Shown: positions 56,040 to 64,000 of the stretch, one piece after another | Position numbering within the stretch: position 1 is the first letter of the stretch | Layout: each line of letters starts with the position of its first letter | NCBI GenBank assembly: GCA_964016885.1 | Contig: OZ024742.1 | Coordinates: 56,358,001-56,422,000, forward strand | Reading direction: 5' to 3' | Source: Eledone cirrhosa | Lineage: Eukaryota | Length of the DNA stretch: 64,000 bases | The notes under the pieces: generated by a model | Told to the model about the DNA's origin: nothing | Database searches by the model: none | The model's input: only the letters and a program-made list of their open reading frames with translations | Program-made: the position numbers and the translations under genes

Positions 56040-56250
56040 CGTTTCTGAATTAGTTTAGCAAGATTCTTTATTTGAAATCGTGTGTTGAAACCGATATTGT
56101 TATACTTTGGGAGGGTCATGTTGCCAATAAGAAACACACGCACCAAGAGCTTTCACTTCAATTTATTATAATAAATTTATAATAAATTTATAAATTTATA
56201 AATTTCTGGTTGGTTAGTTGGTTCCACAACCAGATAGTTGTTTATATATT

Positions 56251-56293
56251 GTCATAGTTCTTTCGTCACACACTCTATTACCTCTTCAGTGAC
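56251..56293 (-). ncRNA. Degenerate minimal hammerhead in a PLE 3' region copy (56095-56630)
   Basis: GUCA-CUGAAGA-(weak stem II)-GAAA-GAAC-UA-UGAC; positional homologue of CUGACGA-UGUUGCA GAUG UGCAAC-GAAA at 53368-53395. Confidence 0.55.
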
Positions 56294-56635
56294 TGGGATT
56301 CCTTTCTTTGTTTCTGTGCCTCTCCTTTGTTCTGTCCTACGCCATTTTGTTTCTGTGTGTGTGTTGTGTGCTCAGTCTGCGCATGCGCCACATCCGGGTG
56401 TCTGTGTGTGTTTATGTTCATTTATTTATTTGTTTATTTACATGTTACTGGTTGGTTGTTTGTTCTATGCGTATGTGTGTTTTCATTTTGTCCTTAATTG
56501 CAAGTTGTGATGTTGCTGTTCCACTCATATTTTCTATTTAATTTTGGTTGTAATTCTTTTATATTTATTGCCTCTGTAATTTGTCTAAACATTGCGCCTT
56601 TTCTGTGTGTAGATTCTATTTTTATTTCTATAGAA

Positions 56636-56666
<31 letters not shown>

Positions 56667-56709
56667 ATGATATTAAATAAATGGAAACTTTATTTATAAA
56701 ACCATATTT

Positions 56710-56770
56710 ATTCTATTATATATATTTCAAGGGTACCAAAAACTTTGGTACGCTTCTCATCAGATAAAAT
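56710..56770 (-). ncRNA. Type I hammerhead ribozyme inside fold-back 56665-56898
   Basis: AUUUUAU-CUGAUGA-GAAGC GUACCAAA..UUUGGUAC CCUU-GAAA-UAUAUA-UA-AUAGAAU. Confidence 0.8.
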
Positions 56771-56990
56771 ACAAAGTGTGTTTTATAAATTTTGACATAG
56801 CCAAGGTAAATACATTAACAGTTGAGGTTTCCTTGGAATATATATAATAGAATAAACATGGTTTTATAAATATAGTTTCCATTTATTTAATATCATTGAA
56901 TATTATACTCCAGAAGACCTGTCGAGTCTTCTGAATCAGTTATAAACATTTATATTTGTTGAATTACCAGCAAATTGAATAGCCTTTCTG

Positions 56991-57049
<59 letters not shown>

Positions 57050-57191
57050 AGATATATTTATACAGCTATGTCAGGTGAAAATTTAATTCTATTTTCAGTC
57101 TAAGCCGGCCTGACAGCTCCATATTCAAATGAGGGAAATCACCCATTCTATATGGGCGTAAAAACTATATATTTTCGCCTGTATCAAAAGC

Positions 57192-57233
57192 ACTGTGCTG
57201 ATGACAGCTATAAGCTTGAAAGATGTCAATAGT
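57192..57233 (+). ncRNA. Degenerate minimal hammerhead (stem II resembles 23605)
   Basis: ACUGUG-CUGAUGA-CAGCU AUA AGCUU-GAAA-GAUG-UC-AAUAGU; mismatches at the bases of stems I and II. Confidence 0.55.
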
Positions 57234-57369
57234 TATCCTCTACTGCTTCTAGTCGAATCCGCTAGATGGCGTTGGCCATCATCTTTCAGAATTCATAGCT
57301 AAAGAGCTTTGAAAATGCTTATTCGTAAACATACCGTAAATCATTAGATATAAACATTCGAAAATGTTG

Positions 57370-57478
<109 letters not shown>

Positions 57479-57479
57479 G

Positions 57480-57540
<61 letters not shown>

Positions 57541-57551
57541 ATATATATATG

Positions 57552-57647
<96 letters not shown>

Positions 57648-57839
57648 TAGGAACAAGTAAGACCCCGACGGCTGAGCTCAAGCCGTTTCGACGGCTAATT
57701 CTGTACTGAATTAGCCGTCGAAACGGCTTGAGTTCAGCCGTCGGGGTTTTACTTGTTCCTATTACCCACTCTACTACCGTAAGTATTGAGTACTTTGGTG
57801 CGTTATGGTCCACCTGGTTCATTAACACATTTCCTTCGT

Positions 57840-57917
<78 letters not shown>

Positions 57918-57949
57918 AAAGAATAGAGGTGTAACACACAAGTTATTAT

Positions 57950-58033
57950 ATATTGGTAAACGGAATAGAAAATGCTGACAAATTGTTCACAGTGAACAAT
58001 TTGTCACCATTTTCTATTTCGTTTACCAATATA
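57950..58033. repeat. Near-perfect palindrome, ~40-bp arms
   Basis: ATATTGGTAAACGGAATAGAAAATGCTGACAAATTGTTCAC a GTGAACAATTTGTCACCATTTTCTATTTCGTTTACCAATAT. Confidence 0.9.
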
Positions 58034-58188
58034 TATATATATATATATGTACATATATATACAATCAAAATTTTTGCTCCGTGAATTTTTTATATCTAAT
58101 GATTTACGGTATGTTTACCCATACAAATATATCGATAGATATATACGCATATATACATATATACCTATATAGTGTTATACGGAGTAAG

Positions 58189-58219
<31 letters not shown>

Positions 58220-58343
58220 GGTGTGGGATGCTTAAAGCGTCCGTATGCGGTAGGCCGTTTGAACATTCGATGCTCTTATAGAACAGAGTATAATATCACA
58301 TAAGAAGCGGAGAACCAGTGGTGCGACGAATTAAAATTTATTT

Positions 58344-58441
58344 GACATAAGACAATCGTTTCTCTGGCGACCAGCTCGAAGCACGATCATCGATGCAATG
58401 ATCGAACCTGACTCTGTAGTCGCAAGATCCTCAGATAGGTC
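58344..58441 (-). ncRNA. Type I hammerhead with extended stem II, in the spacer of inverted repeat 58293-58492
   Basis: GACCUAU-CUGAGGA-UCU U GCGAC...GUCGC C AGA-GAAAC-GAUU-GUC-UUAUGUC; stem I has 5 of 7 pairs. Confidence 0.65.
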
Positions 58442-58755
58442 TCGATTCTTTTAATTCGTCGAACCACTGATTCTCCGCTTCATATGTGATATATATATAT
58501 ATATATACATATATTTCAGAAAGCCGGCACAATACGGTGGAAATATATAAAGGATGAAAAAAAAAGGAAACGTATTTGAGGTTTGTACGCTGTTTTCAAT
58601 GCAAAAGAGAGTATTGACCCTTAAATTATATGTTGAAATATAGTAGGTAAAAGTGACATTTTTTAAATTCTATGTATCATCCATTATATATTTCTGCCGC
58701 ACTGTACCAGCTTCTTGAAAAACTTATCAATCATTATTACATACTTCAATGTCTC

Positions 58756-58890
<135 letters not shown>

Positions 58891-59233
58891 TGTGAGTGTG
58901 TGCGTGTGTCGACAAACCCTCTATCTCAATTCTACTTTTCAAAAGCAGAAGAACTGCAAAACCGGTAAAGGAACCAAATAAATAATTTTTTTTTTTTAAA
59001 GAAGACTCCAGTAGCATTTTCGATTTCATCTGTTTTCCTTATACTTTCAGTCGAGGAGGACACCTTATTACTTTTTCATTTTGTAAAAGAACCTCACTTT
59101 CTAATATATATATATATATATATTTATTTATTAAAATAAAATAAAATAAAATAAAATAAAATAAATTAAAATAAAATCTTTGGATTTTAGTCTTCTAATT
59201 TATTCTTATTACTATATATATATATATACATAC

Positions 59234-59343
<110 letters not shown>

Positions 59344-59558
59344 TAAAATAACAGATTAAAGTTTAAGCAAATAATCGCTGCTTTCACCCTTAACGGGATC
59401 TTCTGAAACTAACAAAGTCAATCTGTAAACGCAGAAGTGGATATTTTAAAAAATTTTGCAACCGGAGGAAGACAGGAAGACGATACTTTGGTTCGTGGAA
59501 ACGTTCGCTGGCAAAGAACGGGAAAAAAACGAATATAATACGTCAAACAATACAATAT

Positions 59559-59636
59559 AATTACCTCATTACCAGAGGTTTCCTGAATAAGACGAATACA
59601 AGAAACGTCCTCATTTGTTCGTCAGACAAGGCAATT
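59559..59636 (-). ncRNA. Type I hammerhead upstream of and antisense to the PLE ORF
   Basis: AAUUGCCUUGU-CUGACGA-...AAUGAGGACG/CGUCUUAUU...-GAAA-CC UCU GG-UA-AUGAGGUAAUU; 11-bp stem I; stem II base unpaired. Confidence 0.7.
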
Positions 59637-60479
59637 TAAAACATAGGGAAATATTTGAAAAATCTCCTCAAGAAACGGGTAAAAAAATATATAAATAAAA
59701 GTAATGCAAGAGATATATAAAAATAAAATAAGGAAATATAGTAAGGGTATGTGTATAAATGTGTGTATATGCACCTACAAATGTACAGATGTGTGTATGA
59801 ACAAATGCATGTGTATAGTGAAAAAATGTGTGCGTAAGTACATACATGAGGGCAAGCATATCGGTGTATGTGTGACCACAAATACGTATATAATATATGT
59901 AGAAAAAAGAAATTGTAAGATAATAGAGTTAGCGTACATACAGACTCAAGGACTAAGGATTGAAATATATACACATACAAGGATGAAAGCACGCGAATAA
60001 ACATACACACACGCGCAACCACATACATGTATGTGATATATACAGGGAAGGGAGTGTATCAGTCAAAGCAGTGTCAGACTGAAGGTCGATACAGATATAA
60101 AAATATAAAATATGGAAATGAAATAATATATAAGAATAAAAATTAAATCAAAGAGAAAGTAAGAGGGAGGGGTTATCAATTATAAAGTAACACTAGAAAA
60201 AATAAATAAAAAGTAGAAAACATACAGAGGTTCGTACGCACATATATATATATATAAAATATATACAGATACTATTTTGACTCTGTATCCAATTGAATTA
60301 TATCGTTGATAAAATGTTTGTATTTTAAACTTTGCTTCACGACATCTTCTACATACGCATTACGTTGAGTTCTTTATACGGTTTAGACCCTACCGTTGAG
60401 TGGTAGATATATGTATACTTTGCTCCTTTTTTTGATTTTCTATTGATTTTTTCATTAATTAATATATTTAGTTGAGCTC

Positions 60480-63469
60480 TTATCTTGTCTAATATCCGTA
60501 TTGCAATGGAAAAGCAATACTTAGAAACTTCGTAGAAAAATGTACCAATTCCCTCTAAAGCTGAATTCCTTCTTCTTTTTATACAAAAAACTAACCAATT
60601 TATTAGAAGAGTTCGTTGGCGGGCATACCATTTCGATAACAAAACCAAAAGAGATGAGAAGAAAAACTTTTATGACTTTCGCACATATAAAAACCCTCCT
60701 CACAATTCTATGCTTGAAAATTTTGAAAAGGATTTACTAAATATGATTAAACACATCAAATTTAAGAAACACAAATCAAACTTTCAAAAAGAACTGGACT
60801 CTACTCTATTTAAAGTAAAAAACTCTAGTAAAATTCATGTCCACTCTGACAAAACTGGTAACTTATACCATATGAACATTTATAAATATACCATATAATC
60901 ATTTGTAAATAACTAAGGAAGAACTATAAGAAAACCAGTAGTACAGCACTCACCTCGATAAACAACAAATCATACACCATAGTAAAGGAACTGAACATCG
61001 AAGATAGAACCGAAACTTTCACACCAAAACGTCCACACTTTAATCTGAAAGATCATAAATCTGACTTCAACTTAAACCCATCGATTAGACTCATATGCCC
61101 ATCTAAGTCGGACATCGGAGTAATAAGCAAGAAGATTCTTGATAAAATTATCCCACAAATAAGGAAGCATGTAAAACTACCGCTATGGGAAAACACTTCC
61201 CAAGTTATCAATTGGTTCACCAACATCAAAAATAAGCCCTCAGCTTCATTTCTCCAATTCGACATCGATGCATACTGTTCATCAATATCCCTGAACAAAG
61301 CATTAATTTTCGTCAAAAATAGATCGGACTTAACTATGAATGAAATTAAGATCATCACACACGCCAGACAAACTCTATTGGACTTCCAGGACGAGTATTG
61401 GACTGGGAATACTTATAGTGATTTATATGATATTACTATGGGCTCAATGGATTCCGCCAAGTTACGCACCTTGTGGGCCTCTTCCTGTAACATAATTTGA
61501 ATTTCTCTTTTCCCCACCTCAATGGTCGTCTATATCGCGATGACTGTCTTCTTCTAGCTAATAATTTTAGTCTCAGCAATTGAGAGAAATAAAAAGCATA
61601 TTAGGAAATTCCTCAAAAACTACTTTAATCTTACGGTTACTTTTGAAAATAGCACTAAAATGGTCAATTTCCTCGACATCTCTTTAGACCTATCAACAGG
61701 CACTTACCAACCCTACCATAAACCAAACCAAAACCTCCATGATATACATTCACCAGCTAACCACCCTGCTTCCATACTAAAGAAGTCTACAATATCAGAC
61801 TATCTAAATTATCATCTAATGAAGAAATATTCTATAAAAATGCACCTTATTATAATGAGGCTTTACTTAGAAGTAGCTATAAAGATAAAATATTTTACAT
61901 ACCTAACACCATGAATACCCCTAGCATACAGCCAACATTAAGCAATAAACACCGTAGAAAACACCAAAATGTTAGTGCTAGCAATAAAACACCGAAAAAC
62001 CTAGATCCTAACATTACTCCCAATATCCACATTAACACGAATGACACAAATTCTCTAAAAATCATCAATCCTAGCGATTCTGAATATTTCTATAACTTAC
62101 CTAATGTTATTACTACAAACAGTGCGAAAACACCTAACTCCACTACTCTTAAAAAAGCAGTTAGTAATAACACCTTATATCTTAATTCTCACAATAAACC
62201 TAATGATATATCACCTATCTGATTGAACCTTCAACATAACCAAACTATACCCTTGCAATCCAAAAAACTAGAGAAACATATCCGAACTACCGTATATAAC
62301 AAGAATGATACCGAAATTCCAGGTCCTATCAATAATGCTCCATTAACAAAACTCACAATATCCTCTACAAATCAAACAAAAAGCAATAAATCAAAAACTA
62401 ATACAATTCAAAAATCTACTAAACAATTATTTCACACCCATAATAACAATCACAATGTTATAATTTCATCTGAAAACAATATCTACCCTCAAACTTCTAT
62501 ACATACCCAATATAACAAGAGGAAGCCTTTTAGAAACCATAAAAGAAATGTAACATGGTATAACGCTCCATTCAACTTGCAAACTATGGGCCAAATCCCT
62601 AAAAGATTTTTTACAATTCTCGATAGGCATTTCCCACCTAACCACAAATACCATCAAATCTTAACAGAAATACAGTAAAATTTTCCTACTCCACATCGAG
62701 CAATATACAACAAAAAATAAGTGCATATAACATCTATAAATGTAAGAAATCTCCATCTATACCACACACAATAGCACACCACATACAAGATAACTATGGT
62801 AATACTACATTTTCCTCATCCTTAATAGGGACTAAGATTTACATACCCAATCTAACTAATAGCGCCCAGAACAACCATGACTCCGTAAACGCTATATCAA
62901 GTATAATTTCACCTACTAGCAACAATTCGGATTATAACCACCCTACCGTAAACCCTTCTATCCCAAATAAAAAGGTAAACGAAAATACTAACACTATTAT
63001 TGAGAATATGGATAGCACATCTGAAACCCTATATGCAAACGGTTGTAAATGTAGAATAAAAGAAAATTGCCCCTTAAATGGAAATTGCTTAATTAATAAT
63101 ATAGTATATAAATGTGTAATCACCACTAAAGACTCTAATCAATCCTATATAGGATCCACTTCTAATCCATTTAAATCGAGATTTTATGCACACACCCACA
63201 GTTTCCGAAACACAAAATTAGCAAATACCGCTTCTTTAGCAGAAGCATTTAATACTTGTAAAAAGAAGAATATTAAATATAACCTAACTTGGAAGATTCT
63301 TAAGAGAACTATTTCTTATCAGGGCAATAGAAGGGAGTGCGGACTATGTTCCCAAGAAATTTTTGAAATTATTAAATCGATGAACACTCTATTAAATAAA
63401 AGACAAGAATCAATTTTAGTATGTAACCATAAAATCAGAAGGACATTCAAATATTATAAATACAACTAA
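60480..63469 (+). mobile_element. Near full-length decayed Penelope-like retroelement (RT + C-terminal GIY-YIG), probably Hydra-clade-like
   Basis: Across frames: FIRRVRWRAYHF, SDKTGNLY, LKDHKSDFNLNPSIRLICPSKSDIGVISKKIL, FLQFDID, YDITMGSMDSA, LYRDD, VNFLDISLDL..YQPYHKPN, WYNAPF; ORF 63008-63469 CKCR..CPL..C..NIVYKC..YIGST..FKSR..H..CGLC..E..LNKR..C.H. Many stops and frameshifts; clade call is from motif recall. Confidence 0.92.
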
Positions 63470-64000
63470 ACAAATATAGAAAAAGATATAGGTGAATAAA
63501 TGTGTGAGTATAGGTGTTTGTGTGAATATGTATATCTGTGTGTGTATATGTATGTATATGCATAAATGTATGCTTTTATATAAACATGTGTAACTATACA
63601 TGTGTATATAGATTTTTTTTAAATTATATATTTTTAGAACAAATTATTCCTCACAACAAAGAAATAACTAACTTTTTAAGATTGTTCTATTCCATTCTAC
63701 TTGATGTAACACACTAATCTCAGTATCCCTTCTCCTCCAACCGTAATCTTCTTTGACCATCAACACTTTTATATACAATATGCCTAAACTCATTTACACT
63801 AACAACTCTCATTTCTTTTCTTAAAAGACATTTGATACCTTATCCACTGATGGACTATTTATTCATATACTTCCACCAACTTTAAGGATTTATACTGCCC
63901 CTTTCCATTCTTAACAATGGTCAATTTCAACCTGGTTATAAAACCTTACTTATTCATGTGTATGTTTTTTTGTATTCTTCAAAAAACGAAACTCATTATT

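Noticed and set aside
62220-62222. In-frame TGA between PLE ORF pieces as selenocysteine or readthrough
   Set aside because: The element has many other stops and frameshifts, the TGA is in a low-complexity insert, and no SECIS was identified.

Overview
AT-rich, microsatellite-dense animal genomic DNA; the SINE/LINE/(TA)n make-up suggests a cephalopod such as octopus (inference). No intact host gene is recognisable, only weak candidate exons, and most ORF-track entries are YI/CV/TH microsatellite artefacts. Recognisable elements: five L1/Tx1-like LINE copies plus a 3' fragment, all ending in (TATC)n or (TTA)n; an R4/Dong-like RT remnant; RTE and mariner fragments; many tRNA-derived SINEs; one near full-length decayed Penelope-like element (PLE; RT + GIY-YIG) and a second PLE GIY-YIG fragment. 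The main unannotated signal is RNA-level. Read by eye, 20.9-59.6 kb holds about 19 type I hammerhead ribozyme (HHR) motifs from several unrelated short families, about 12 with intact cores, mostly in fold-back elements at (TA)n tracts. They include U3-A8 core variants, a pair with a covarying branched ~110-nt stem II, a family of palindromes centred on HHR stem II (half-hammerheads), and an inversion breakpoint at a predicted cleavage site. All folds are manual and untested.
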